From the NCBI GenBank assembly GCA_951406725.2, contig OX597825.1:42222001-42286000 (forward strand): DNA of 64,000 nucleotides, written 5' to 3'. Both the position numbers and the translations under genes were made by a program. Numbering within the stretch: the first letter of the stretch is position 1; the number at the start of each line of letters is the position of its first letter. This DNA comes from Octopus vulgaris (taxonomy: Eukaryota). Shown piece after piece: positions 12,605-25,718 of the stretch. The notes below the pieces were generated by a model, which ran no database searches, was not told where the DNA came from, and saw nothing but the letters and a program-made list of their open reading frames with translations.

Positions 12605-13813
12605 AACTCATTTGAGTAATTTTTCTTTTTTAGACAATTTAAAAATCACATGCATATGCATATTTGAATATACACATAAATGTTTGTAGACATGCACAAA
12701 CACACAAATACACATGCACCCTCTTACTTATTTAACTCATGCAAAAATCCATAAGTCTGCTGAAATTATGTTTTATATCACTCTATAGCTGATAAAAGCA
12801 ATATTTGTAATATACTGAGATTAATTCAAATAATAAACTTACCGTTTATTAAGATATGATTTCTAATCAATTAAAATAAATTGATATATAAGAAAAGAAA
12901 CAACACTTATAGACACTATTTTATTATCGTTGTTATTTTAGCCTTAAGCCTAAAACCAGTGTAGGCTTTAAGGATAAGCTACTTGATATTTGACCACATT
13001 GTCATAAGCTGTCTTGATGATGAACCTTTTACTCAGCTTCTCACAATTAACTCAATTAATAACTGATTCCATTGCTACTTCTTAGCTAATATTTGAAAAG
13101 TTATCCAGTTCTAAAAAGAATTACATATTTATGAAGACCTAAATGTAAATTTACAAAGACATAACAAAACAAAGGAAAACATATATGTTAAAAAATATAT
13201 ATAAATAATTTAATATCAAGCACATGAAACAATGTACAATCTTGTAGTAAAATGATATTTAAAAAAACAAACTGATTTTTCTAAAATATTTACATATCTA
13301 CATGTAGAGTGTATTTTTTATGTCAAAAATGGAGTTTTGATAATTCAAGATTCCCCTTAGTTTAGATTTTATTGAAATATGCATGATACTGTAAATCTTT
13401 GGCAATCAATATGAAACTTGTCAAAAATAATGTTTCTTTATGTGGATTGTCATATGAATTTTTTTAAGTATTATACATGAGGAACCCAGTTACTATTATT
13501 ACAACATCACACAAAAGTGTTACAATATCATAACTTGCATGCAGAACCAAATAGAAACTAAATTTCTACTCACCAACAAGAGACTACGTGGAAGATACCT
13601 AAATAGGTTAGAATACTTGTTTATATTTATAATCCATTTGTGTGATTTTTCTTTTTATGATACTTAATTTGAAAAACACATGTGTATGCATACATACACA
13701 TAAATGTTTGTATACATGCACAAACACACATATACAGATGCACACTCTCACATATTTAACTCTTGCAAAAATCCAGAAGTCTGCTGAAATTATGTTTTAT
13801 ATCACTCTATAGC
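12605..13813 (+). repeat. Direct repeat pair (~185 bp; 12605-12789 and 13632-13813)
   Basis: Both copies end in aagtctgctgaaattatgttttatatcactctatagc; the second copy ends where the HERO element begins. Confidence 0.8.
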
Positions 13814-16800
13814 AGAGACCTCTTCCCAACAGGAAACTGCAGGTTATGAAACTGGTGCATCAGATAGTACATGGAGGAAACCAAGGGTTATGTGGCTTGC
13901 TGATAATGAGTCAAGAAAATATAAAGAGTTTGAAAACAATGTATGCTGAGCTCTTTATAAAATGACAGGATCTACAGTAAAGAAACTGGGAAAGTTAACA
14001 AGCTCAATATATAGGAATTATTTGGAGTGAAAGATAGTATTCGATTAGCAAAAGGAAAATGTGGACCAAGCAGGAAGATCAGGAAAATGAAACAGTTGAG
14101 AAAGGAAAAGACCTGCCTCTAAATAGCAATGGAAATGTGCTGCGGAAGATAAAAACCTGGCCTTGTGCTACTGTATGGTGATTTAAAAAGGAAATGCCAT
14201 TATGTGCAATGACATACCTGCTGACATGAAGGACGAAAGGAAAGTAAAAGGACTTGCGGACAATTTCTGAAGGATCTGTATGGAGTTACTAAGAAGCTGT
14301 TCACTGAACTGAAGAGTGGCACTTTATCGTGCACAAAAGAAGAAATGGATGCTCATATCAAAGAAACCTACAGCAATCCACACCATAACTAGCCACTGCC
14401 ACCTCTAAATTGGCTAAAGCATCTCTTAGAACCTGATATCAAATTCCAAACTGGGGACATAAGGGAGAAAAAGGTAAATAATTTCGTGAGAAAAGCTAGA
14501 GCAAAGAGTTCCCCAGGAGGTGATGGTGTCTCATATAAATTTTACAATTATTGCAATCGTCTGTGAAAGAAGCTCTTTGTCCTACTCCAACAGCTGTGGT
14601 ATGAAGAAATTCTAGTAGAGGATTGGTGTAAGGTAGAAGGCATACACCTGCCAAAGGAGGCCAACATAGAGACTATAAAACAGTTTAGGCTGATATCGTT
14701 ATTGAATGTGGAAGGCAAGATCCTTATGGGAATTATCTCAAGAAGAACAGTGACATATTTATAGAGTAATGAATACGTTGATGAATCTGTTCAAAAGGCT
14801 GGAATCCCTGGGATCCCTGAATGCATTGAACACTTTTGATTTGGAAAGTGACCCAGGATGCTAAACAGAACAAGACGAGTCTGAACATGGTATGGCTCAG
14901 TGCCACACAAATTACTTATGAGACCCATGGACCACTTTCACATTCCAGACAAAGTAACCAAATTAATGAGGATATATTTTAACAGTTTCAAGATGAGGTT
15001 CACTACTGGAGATTTTATAACAGATTGGCACTGATTGGAGATTAGCATTGCTGCTGGCTGTACAATATCTGTCACATGGTTTGTCTTAGTCATTGAGATG
15101 ATTGTGAAAGACGTGGATTTTTTAGAATAAATCACCCATGTACAATCGCCTAAGAAGGGCTTCATGGATGAAGTGCCACTTCTATCAACAGACAAGCAAA
15201 TTATGCAGAGTGCCCTCTTGAGTGTAGACAAGCTTGTGAAGTGGTCAAGGATGCCAGTAAACAACTGTTACCAGACAAAAATGCAAGCAAAACTTAGGAT
15301 TTGAAAATGAGGAATGCATTACTAAAATTAAGCTTTAAATAGCTGATGAAAGCATTCCAGGAGTCAAGGAAGAGCCCATCAAGAGCTTGGGGTGCGTATA
15401 AGCTGGAAAATTGTCAGATAGGAGTTGTGGGATGGACATAATGAAACGAGCTGAGGCTGGATTATCAGCTATTGATAACTCAAAGTTACCTGGTAAATAT
15501 AAAATTTGGTGCTTACAATTCGACTTGTATCCGCAATTTTCATGGCCACTTTTAACATACGATGTAGCATTGACACGAGTTCAAATCATAGAACAAAAAT
15601 GTAATGTGTTCATTAGAAAGTAGCTAGGCCTACCTCGGATGTTGAAGAGTTCAGTTCTCTATCATAAAAGAGGCTCATGGCTGTTACCACTGGCATCAAT
15701 AGTCAAAATTTATAAACTAGGGAAAGTACAAACAGTGGTGATGCTGAGAGAGTGGAAGGACTTGGAAATCAGGTGTTATCTACCAGATGTAAAAATGGCC
15801 AGGAAGTGGAAAGCAGAAGCAGCGACAGATAACATCCTGTCTTCTCTTGCACACTGAGATATGGTGGGTGCAACACAAATTCATTGGAAGGGACTTGGTT
15901 TTGGTGCAGATAAGTTCAGACTGTTTGCAAGTATGATGCAGAGCGAACGCAGATCTGTTGTTAGCAACAGTGTCAAAACAAGGGAAGCAGTGAGAGCTTC
16001 ATTTGATCCAATGCACTCAACAAGGACAGATGACAAGATGGAAGAAATGTGTCGAGAGAAAAATAAGTTGGAAGGAGGTATGGAGGTGGACCGCATCTCA
16101 GCTAAGTATTCTGATTTGTTCACCCTATGATGTCTTGCCATCACCTACAAATCAAGTAAGATAAAATGTCTCAGAGAATGATATATGCAAATGTGGAAAG
16201 GTCAGAACACTGAAACATATTCTTTCCAACTGTTCACTAGCATTGAATAGATATACATGGAAATACAATCTGGTCCTTAACCCTTTCATTATAAACCTGG
16301 CTGAAACCAGCTCTGGCTCAAAGTAGGAATGTCCTGTTTTCATAAGTTTTGAATTAAAATCTTTCACCAAACCTTAGTCACAATTAATGTTCCTAACACT
16401 AGCTGTATGATAACTAAGTTATTTTACTAAATTCTTTGTTATATTTAAAGTAATTGAAAGAAACATAGAGCATCTCAAAATAAATACAGTAACAAAAGGG
16501 TTAAGGTTATCTTAAATGCTATAAAGAACCAAATCGATCTCAACAAGAGTGGTAAAAATCGTTGGAAGTACCAACTAGAGACTACATTACCTTCATACAG
16601 TCATGAAGACACAGGCTGGAAAGTGGAGCATTTTCTGATTGAAGTTGGATGTAGAGGATTTGTTGGACACAGTGTGAGGTGACTGTTGTTATGGCTAGGC
16701 CTAAGTCATTATAAAGTAAATACCACCAAGACCGATGTCCAAACTACAGTGGAAAAGGCTAGTGACTGGATTTGGTTAAAAAGAGACGATGAACAATAGC

Positions 16801-16960
16801 TAGAAGAATATTGAACTTTATTTGCTAACCAGTTGATCTTGCCTCATATCAATGAAGGCGGGGCTGATACACATTGATGCTGTCGAGTGGTAGGCCTTGA
16901 AGTGGCACGCATTCTCTCCTGATGACCCCATACACTTACTGGCTTCTGGTATGCGGCATG
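13814..16960 (+). mobile_element. Decayed HERO-clade (R2 superfamily, RLE-type) non-LTR retrotransposon
   Basis: KARAKSSPGGDG, FRLISLLNVEGKI, SVQKAGIPG, FMDE, KLPGKYKIWCLQFDLYPQFSWPLL, KWKAEAA, CKCGKVRTLKHILSNC, IEVGCRGFVG; many stops. Confidence 0.85.
16281..16500. mobile_element. piggyBac-type MITE (220 bp) with TTAA target-site duplication
   Basis: ttaa|ccctttcattat ... gtaacaaaaggg|ttaa; removing it restores the HERO frame YNLVLKVIL. Confidence 0.9.
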
Positions 16961-17210
16961 TGCGAGTTGTTTGCAGAACATCTGAATATAGAAAACTATG
17001 TCTATTGTGAATAGTTGCAAAGTAAATAATTGCAAAACACAAGCATATAACAGAGAAGACGTGGGTGTGAATGTGTTTGTGCCTGTCCATGTACATTTTG
17101 TGTATATTTAAGTATATGCTATGCCTGAGTAGTTTAAAGTTAGGTGAATTAAAGGAAAGAATTCTGTTAGGTTACTTTTGATGAGAATCATGACCTGTTA
17201 AATGATATGG

Positions 17211-17655
17211 ATACAAACATACTTATTGACCCTACTCTAAAAATACAACATATTTCTTCAAATTTAGCAGCTAACCCAAGCATTCTTGGATGAATGGGTT
17301 TATCTTTTGATATCTTTTGCTGCTAAAGTGTAGAAAGCATGTTTTTCCATATTTATTTTTTTATTTTTTGGAAGACCATGTAGATTTTATTCAAAGACTT
17401 CAGGGAGATCACCTTTATGAAATGTCACAGTATAGAATGTGGCCCCCTTTGATGTAGGGCCCAATTGGGAGCAATCAGTCCAATCGGCTTAAGGCTGGCC
17501 CTGCTTGGAAGACCTCACAATGATGGGAAGATGACTTGGTTAAGCAATTTGGGTCAAGATGCAAAGGAATGGCACAATCAAGGCAGAATTGGAAGTGCAT
17601 ATATTGAAGAAATATGTTGTATTTTTAGAGTAAGGGTCAATAAGTATGTTTGTAT
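17211..17655. other. Inverted segment bounded by ~51-bp inverted repeats
   Basis: atacaaacatacttattgaccc..ttcttcaa (17211-17261) is the reverse complement of 17604-17655; the segment holds a flipped hAT end with its TSD. Confidence 0.75.
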
Positions 17656-19110
17656 GTGAATGTTTGGGAGTGTTTATGGAGATGTTTGGGTAAAATATGT
17701 ACGATTCTTTTATACACAATCGACATCTGCCAGTAATTGTATTGTATGATGGGGCCTCATCCATGATTAACCAAGACAATATATAATTAATGTTCTGTAA
17801 TTTTAAGTCGTCTGTGTACCTGGCTAATGCCATGGAATTTTTATGTTTTAACTTATTAAAGGAATTTACATGTGTTCTATATTGCTTTATGGGGTTTTTA
17901 GTGCTTCCTATGTATACCCTTGCTTGATGTTTATCGTTTGTCATTTATAGATAACATTTGCGCGTAGACAAATGTTATCTATTTGTCTATTTGGACATAA
18001 TTATCTATTTGGACATAATTCAGGGGCCCTAAAATTACAGGTTTTTGCATTCCTATCTATAATTTTTGTTTATTAATATTATTTGGACTGATGTGGGGTA
18101 TCTAATAGTGATCTATGTTTTTAGTCATTTGGAGTTGAATTTTATTTCTGTTTGTAGATGCCATAATTGAACCGAAATTAAGAGTGGTAGAGTACGATAA
18201 TTTTATAGAGTGTTTATTAAATATAGAGTAGTATTTGTGGTGCTTGGGGAAATTTAGTTTAAGAATTTTGAAGAACTGTTTTGGTAGATTTTTGTCTCTG
18301 AGAGAAAATGGCAGGGGGAACCAAATAATTTGTCTTTTCCTAGATTTAGAGTGTCTTACCCCATCAGAGTATTCAGATATAGAGGGACTATACTTATTAC
18401 GATTACTAGTATTGTGATTATAAAATTTAATATGGTTAACAACAGGTTTTTTAAGGAGGGGATCATTTTAGTTGTATCAGAATTACTGTGAGGTGTTAAA
18501 TTAGCTAATTTGGTTTTGAGTTTGGTGTCAGGGATGCAGAAAATATGGTTGTGAAAGCTGCTAAATTTTCAGGCATGATTATAAATTGGTGTGCATGCAT
18601 TTAAAATCTCCACATTTGCTGATAAGTTGGATATTCTAATGGAGATGGCCATGATGATACCATCGATGGTTAATTTTGGATGATTAGAAGAGACGTTTAT
18701 ATATTGTAATGTTTTGTTTGGTTTTGCTGTATGAATAATATAACTTAATGTTCAAATTAAGTGTGACTTCAAAAAAGTTGGCAATTTTTGTGTTAGTTTC
18801 AAATACAATATTGTGATTAAAGAAATTCAAAAAAAATTTCTTGATGACTTCTTAATTTTCTCAGTCTCTGGTTTAGATAAACCATTTACTACCAAGTGTG
18901 CATCGTCCCTAGAGAGCCCACCAGAAATGTTTGGAGAGCTTTTCTTGATTTGAGACAGGAGATACAGACCCACAAGGACTGTCAGCTGGGCTGGAACTGA
19001 TGAAGCCATAGTGATATCGAAGTAGTTCATCGGGTTGCTTCTAATCCAATTATGATCCTTAAAATTAAGGATTTTCTTGCTGTCAAGATAATATCAATAT
19101 CAGTTCAAGA
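17656..19110 (-). mobile_element. Naiad-type Penelope-like element relic (RT, thumb and GIY-YIG)
   Basis: FDITMASS..AQLTVLVGLYLLSQ..GGLSRDD (YRDD-type), IIWFP.PFS..FFKILKLNFPKHHKYYSIFNKHSIKLSYS, VYIGST, APSYNTITGRCRLCIKE. Confidence 0.82.
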
Positions 19111-19119
19111 GATGTTTGA

Positions 19120-19513
19120 AAATATTTTTCGGATTCCTACATTTTAGATGCCGGAGATTACAAATATGCAAAACAAGAAAATTTTTGTTATTTCACCCTC
19201 CCCTCTCTATCCCCCCACCAAAAATTTAAAATCTTGAACTTTTTCCAAAATTTTTTTAAAACCACCTTTTCCAAATTTCAAATGCCCACCTCAACCTCCC
19301 CTTCTCCCAAATTTTAAACTTTTCAAATTTAACCCTGCCTCTCCAGTGGACCTCATGCACAGTCCCCACCCCCATGCACATAGAAAAACAGACATTTCCA
19401 ATTTTTTTGCAGCGGGTTCCTATGTTTTCAATGACAGAAATTCCGAATATGCAAGAAACCATGTTTTCAATAAGCATAGAGTTATATGCATAAAGAGATA
19501 GATAGATAGATAA

Positions 19514-19588
<75 letters not shown>

Positions 19589-19840
19589 CAAATAAATGGA
19601 TAGGTATAAATAGATAGACAGACAAATAAATGAATGGATGTAAAATGCAAATTCTTTTCACTTTAATGTTTTTGCTTATATTTAATTTCGATTTGGATAT
19701 GTTCATCAATTCGTTACAAACCCTTCAAAGTAAACTAAATTAAAATTTTAAATTTGGTGGGGCAATCTCTAAAATTTTTTTTTTTTTTGCATATTCTTAA
19801 TCTCCAATATCTAAAATGTACGAATCTGTATAAATTTTTT
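19120..19840. repeat. Inverted-repeat (MITE-like) unit enclosing a (GATA)n tract at 19495-19590
   Basis: ggattcctacattttagatgccggagattacaaatatgcaaaa matches the reverse complement of ttttgcatattcttaatctccaatatctaaaatgtacgaatct. Confidence 0.65.
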
Positions 19841-20772
19841 CCAAAAAATGCATTTTTAAGGAGAGGTGTGAAACTGCATTAGCCCCATATGTGTGTGTGT
19901 GTGTGTGTGTGTGTTTGTTTGTATATGTTTAATTTTGGGGAAACTGTATTTCAATAAAGTGTATTTTAGATATATATATATATATGTATGTATGTATTAA
20001 AGAAAACAAAAAATATTTTTAAGATGATAAAAGAAAAAGGCTAAATGGATGAAGGTTAAAAATTCAATTATTTTTGATAGTGGTTTGGTTAAGGACTTTG
20101 TTTTTATGCGTATGATTGTATATATATACGTATTTTTATTTTGTTGAGAATTTTATGCATACACACATGTCTGTGCATGTATGTGTGTGTGTGTATAGTG
20201 GAAGATAAAAAGATGGAGGTGGTGAGATAAAATTTCTTGTCTCTTGTTCAAAAGAGAAAATCTCTTTACAATGGTACCCATTCAGGTTTTGGACAAGCAC
20301 AAACACACAGTTATGCACACACAGACAGACACACACACGCACACAGACACACACACACATACACACAAACATATGCACACGCACACACGTGCACACGCAT
20401 ACACACACATACAAGGCAACAGTAGAAGACATTTGGTGTCACACACTGGTGCTAAATCCAGAAACATATAGCTAAGGAACAAAGTTCCTACCACTCAGAC
20501 AAACTGTGTCTTACAACAGAGCATATAGAAAAAATTTAATCAGTAAGTATATAACCAAGTTCCGAAAAATTCTAATTGATAATTATTATTAATTTGCATT
20601 TTATGTATACCTCTGTCAGCATAACAACATACAACAAATAAAAGTTTCTTTGGGATCTTCTTAAATTCCTTTCTGATTTTTGCCAGAATATTTTCAAAAG
20701 GCATAGGTTTAGATGTAGTTTAAATTTTTAGTTTAACAACACCCAACTCAATTTCGGTGAGAAATAACGTTG

Positions 20773-21061
20773 TTCCTCATTTTACTTTTTTGTTGTGCTA
20801 TCAACTAATATACCACAAGACTTTTTCCTACCATATTCAGAGTGGGGTGGGCCCTCGGAATCCTCCTCTCACCTCGGAATTATATTTTTTCATCGTATTC
20901 TTTTTTGTGTGCTAACAACTAATATCGGCTCCTAGTATACGTATTAGGCATAAAAACAGCCATTATTCTGATCTCCTAATATGCCACAAAGGAGTAAAAA
21001 GTCCTCTGCAGTATATTAGGAGGTGAAATTAGTTGATAGCACCTGAAAAGAAAATGAGGAA
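20773..21061. repeat. Imperfect inverted/direct subterminal repeats (gtgctatcaactaat motif, three copies)
   Basis: tcctcatttt..gtgctatcaactaat at ~20773, a direct copy at ~20908, an inverted copy at 21021-21061. Confidence 0.6.
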
Positions 21062-21880
21062 AAAAAATAACTCTAAGGGGGTGAGGAGGAAATGTCTAAG
21101 GTGCAAGTTAACTGGGAACCTGGGACCCTTCAAAATTGTTCCCAATCGGGCCCTGCATCTCCTAAGGCTGGCCCTGCTTCCAAGTGGCCTTTTCTGATCC
21201 ATTCAGCAACTGCACAGGTCTATTTGTTGTCTGTGAACCTTGTGCCATATCAAACCTAGCAGAAGTGGTGCTTTCAGTATTCTGTTCTACAGTCACATCA
21301 TTCACTTTGTGCTATTATTGAATCATCTCATTTCATATATGTTATAATGATATTCCTCCCATTTGGTTTTAACCTTGTTAATACTTATATTTATATGTCA
21401 CATAAAACTTGATGAAATCAGATGTAACTAAATATGGTATGTATACGAAGAATTTGCCTCAGAAAATGAGGAAGATGTATTTATTACATTTAGATATAGT
21501 CTTGTTAAGTATGATAACCAAATAAAGTGGATAGAATGGTGAAGTTCCTGTGATTTGCACTTTTAAGACATCAACAAAGGAAGAAACACCAACATAAATG
21601 GAACCATATTAATTACAGAGAATAAATCTGTCATAAGTATATATAGCTATAAGCTATGTTAAAAATTTAAAGAGTTCTCTATGGCTACATTAATTGCTAT
21701 TCAATCAAAATTATGATTCTATTAAGATGTGTGAATTGACAAAAAGTTTGCACAGCATAATTAAAGAAACCAAATGTATACTCTTAGAATCTAAGAGCAA
21801 AATGTATTTTCAAATCCTTGTTGAAAGCCATTTAACTTTACTTACAATGATAATGAAACATTATATATAGAAATACTTAC

Positions 21881-22012
21881 CATTGTTCTTGTGAACAAGA
21901 AACTAATTTTTGATCAGACAACTGTGGCGAAACTCTTGCATTTAGATTAGGATCAAATCCTATAAGTTTATAGTCCAATATCTTTTGAGCCTTTTCCTTT
22001 TTCTCTCATTTC
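21881..22012 (-). pseudogene. Candidate 132-nt symmetric exon with an in-frame TGA (unknown protein)
   Basis: atttccag|g...aatg|gtaagt; frame K*EKKEKAQKILDYKLIGFDPNLNARVSPQLSDQKLVSCSQEQ. No homology recognised. Confidence 0.3.
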
Positions 22013-22844
22013 CTGGAAATAATTTCAGTTTTTACTGGAGGCCAGTAAACAAGTGTTACCAGACAAAAGTGCAAGCAAAACTTAGTATTTGAAAATGAGG
22101 AATGCATTAGTAAAATGTTTATTATCTTTTGATTCCAGAAGCAAATTGAAATACATGTTTCTTCTTAGAGCAATATTCTATTTTGTCTATCTAAAATAAC
22201 ATATTTTATTCTGAATTATAAGTAGTGCTATAGTCTCTCAATAAGATGATGAACATTTTGACAACATTGATGCATTTTTGTCTAGTAACAATTGTTCGTT
22301 AGCATCCAGTAAAAATTAAAATTGCTTCCAAGAAATAATAAATCAAAAAGTGAAAAGAACTAGAGGATTGATTGTTGTACTATGTGAACATATTAATCTT
22401 TAACTCAATCTAAATCAAAATATGATAAAGTGGCAGTAAGCTACATAATGCATAATATATTCTGTCTCATTGACATTTTCATCACACCAGTAAAATATGA
22501 AGAAACTGAATTCATATACTGAAACTTTTTCTTTGTATGTGAATTGTCCCAAGATCAATGCATAAAGTTTTATACTATAGGGTTGGTTGACAGCAGAATT
22601 AGTGGAGATATGAAGAAAATGTTTTGCAGTATATATTACTTCCATTTACCTTAGTTCTAATACTGTAAGAGTTGAATTTGATAAGCAGAGATCCAGAACA
22701 AAGTTCAGCTGAATGAACTACACTCTTCTTCAAGAGTTTTGGTCTTGCACTAATATAAAAATTATTATTGACATCATTCTTGTAGAAATTACATTTCAGA
22801 TATTTAGAGTTAAAGGCATCAGCATATACATTCCTATTTATCAG

Positions 22845-22855
22845 TCTGTCTGTCC

Positions 22856-22928
<73 letters not shown>

Positions 22929-23020
22929 AATATATATATATATATATATATATATCCATCCATCCATCCATCTACCCACCTACACATTTGTCCATGCATT
23001 CATCCATCCCTTCATGCATG
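22845..23020. repeat. (CTAT)n-(TA)n-(CCAT)n microsatellite
   Basis: Direct reading. Confidence 0.95.
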
Positions 23021-24689
23021 CATATATATAATACATTGTTTTTTTTAGTTAGTATTAAGATAATGTTAGAATTAAAAGGCTCTATCTCTATGGCTATCTG
23101 CTATTCTCAACAACAAATCAATTACAAACATTCGACTCTGCCTGCTGTGTCATTGTAGTTAGTAAAAGTATTTATTTATGGACGATATCAACAGTAAAAA
23201 AAGCAAATAAAAATGATGATAACTATAAAGATATATTTGTCTGAATATAGAATAACCTATTGTATATGGGTGCAGCAAAAAGTAATAACAAAGAATATAT
23301 AAATGGCAAAATGGAAGCCATATTTGTTCTGATGGAAGTACACAGAAGACAGTTCTGAAAAGCAGGCTTTAGTCAGTTAACAATATATATAATAAAAGTA
23401 ACTTACTGCATATTATATAGTTCCTGTTTAATCAGCTTGTTTGTCTGCATTCAAGAAAAAATATTTTTCACGACTACATTTTGAAAATCAAATGGTAAGA
23501 TCCATCTATATATGTGGTACCATGGCAAAAGTCTTTTGTTAGTGCTATAAGAATATTCTCTTGAATGAATTGATAATTCCTTGGCATGACCAGACTTTGC
23601 CAAAGTGTAGTATTCTGCAGAGTTTGTCTCTCTCTTTAGTCATTCACATGGATTAACAACCTCTATAGTTCAATTCTGGAATAATTAATGGGGTATTTCC
23701 AGCAAGTGAACAGCTAATGTGAACTCTTGTGAAAATGGATCATTAACGCACACTTCAATAGAAATTCATTGAAAGGCAAAAACTGCCCTAAATTCTTCAG
23801 ACCTATCGTTTCCATTCATCTTGCTAGGTTTTATGTCCAACTGCTATTTCTGCTATTTCAACTAATACAATGTCAGTTTTATGATACCCACACTATAAAA
23901 TAAATTTGTGTATTTGTTTCAGTAAGTAGCTAAGGACATGTTTAGGATTAAAATTAGGGCAAGCAGCAGTAATTATGTATTTCTACTTACATCTTGATAT
24001 ATTATCAATCTGTCCGTGAGGTTGTTCAGTTTTACTAGATATGCTACTAGATGGTATTTGCTTTACTATCACAAAGTGAGAAGAGCCATCTCAACCATAA
24101 TTGATGCAGTTGAATATTATAGGTGGTTTGCTTTCATAGGACTATAGTTAATTCAGGAGCCTCTACATCCTTGTCTACTGTTGTAGGTCATCCTTCTTAA
24201 AATGAGAAAAACCTACACTTCATCCGTCACTTTTCTTAGACTTTGGCTGATGCAACCATTTTCAAGCAGCAAAAATTACTCATGAGTACTTTAAGAACAT
24301 ACTAGTGAGGACTTCCAATTGGAAATTTTTTCCCAGATAGATATACTCAGAGTAAATATTACAGTGGGGAACATGAAATTGGTGCCTGAGATATTATACC
24401 TTCTTTTAGGTAAGTTTTGGTCTCTTTTTCTAAATGTGCCATTAGTTTTTTTCCACCACCTCTAGTTACTGAGATATAATATAGCCCTAACTTTAATGCA
24501 TACCACCAATTGGACACTAAGACTGATGTCTACAAATCATTATTTTTGCCTCCTGGATTAATAAAACGAATTCATACATGTTGATTTCTCTTATTTATGA
24601 AGAATTTACATTAGAGAATAAGATAATAATGAAATAAGTTCAGAAAGTTGTCATTGATACACTGTTCATTTACTTAGATATCTCATAAA

Positions 24690-25718
24690 AGTGGCACTTC
24701 AAAGACTTCTTGCAATGAGCTGCGCCAGGGCAATCACTCTGAATAGACCAGTAGTAATCTTCTATCATATAGGTATTTCAGTTTCCCTGCGATCTTTCTT
24801 CCATAGTTCTTAAATCCTGGCAGAATCGTCCCCCTGCTCTTCACGTAGGTCACTGAGGTTTTCTGGGAAACAATCCAAGTGGTTGTGGAGATAATGTACC
24901 TTGATACTCATTATACAGCCAAGTTGAAAGGAAGAAGATAGCATTCTCTCTACTAGCTCAGAGTAATTATCTGCTCTATAGTTCCCAAGAAAGTTTTGTA
25001 CAACTATAGTGAAAGAAGACCATGCATCTGCTTCAGTATTGTTCCTTGAATCTTTGAAATGTGGACTTTTGTGAGTTCTCTGATTTGTGTACTGTCAAAA
25101 ATACCTGCCTTTAGCTTCTCCACTCTCAACATTGGAAATTTACTGCAGATGTAGCCAAAGCATCTCCCCTCTTTGATCACAGCCTTTACACAATGCTCCA
25201 TTAAACTTAATTTGGTGTGTAGTGGTGGTAAAATGATCTCATTCTGGTCAAGTAATGGTTCTGAAATAACATTATTTTCTCTTACTACCATGCTTTCTCT
25301 TGGAGGCCACTGTTATTTTGTCCCATGCCCATCCTTAGATCTATTATCCCAGAGACAGATAAAGTAGGGATATTTAGAGTATCCACTCTGCTAGCCCAGG
25401 AGAAAATTCCCCATCTTCAGATCCACACACAGTGACCTGGTGATCCTGGTATGATATTTTCTGTAGGACCAGGGCAATTGTCTTTTGCTCTTCAGTCATC
25501 TTAGTTGAGTGACCAGTTGAGATTGATCCATATTTGTTTCCGTTGTGTAGAAGCACACATTTTAAGCTCCACTCAGAACTGTCTATGAGCAACTGCCATT
25601 CGCTTGGTAGATATTGTGATATGCTCATTTTCATTAGCAAGCCTTGGAAATTGTTGCAAAAAGAACAGCAGCAAATTTCTTTCTTTATTGCAATAATATA
25701 TGATTTTGGTTTCTGAAT
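24690..25718 (-). mobile_element. Chapaev3-like (CMC) DNA transposase relic, C-terminal part
   Basis: EWQLLIDSSEWSLKCVLLHNGNKYGS, LPPLHTKLSLM..VKA, EKLKAGIFD.TQIREL, MSIKVHYLHNHLDCFPENL..EEQG; the superfamily assignment is from recalled motifs. Confidence 0.75.

Larger units (their letters stand above)
17262..21176. mobile_element. Non-autonomous hAT-type element with nested insertions; left end inverted
   Basis: TIR taaggctggccctg at 17490-17503 and 21163-21176; flanks cttggaag and cttccaag are reverse complements (8-bp TSD). Confidence 0.7.

Noticed and set aside
17938-17946. In-frame TGA after NVIYK in the Naiad element as possible selenocysteine
   Set aside because: It coincides with a frameshifting deletion (tg joined to aca), so it is more simply a decay artefact.
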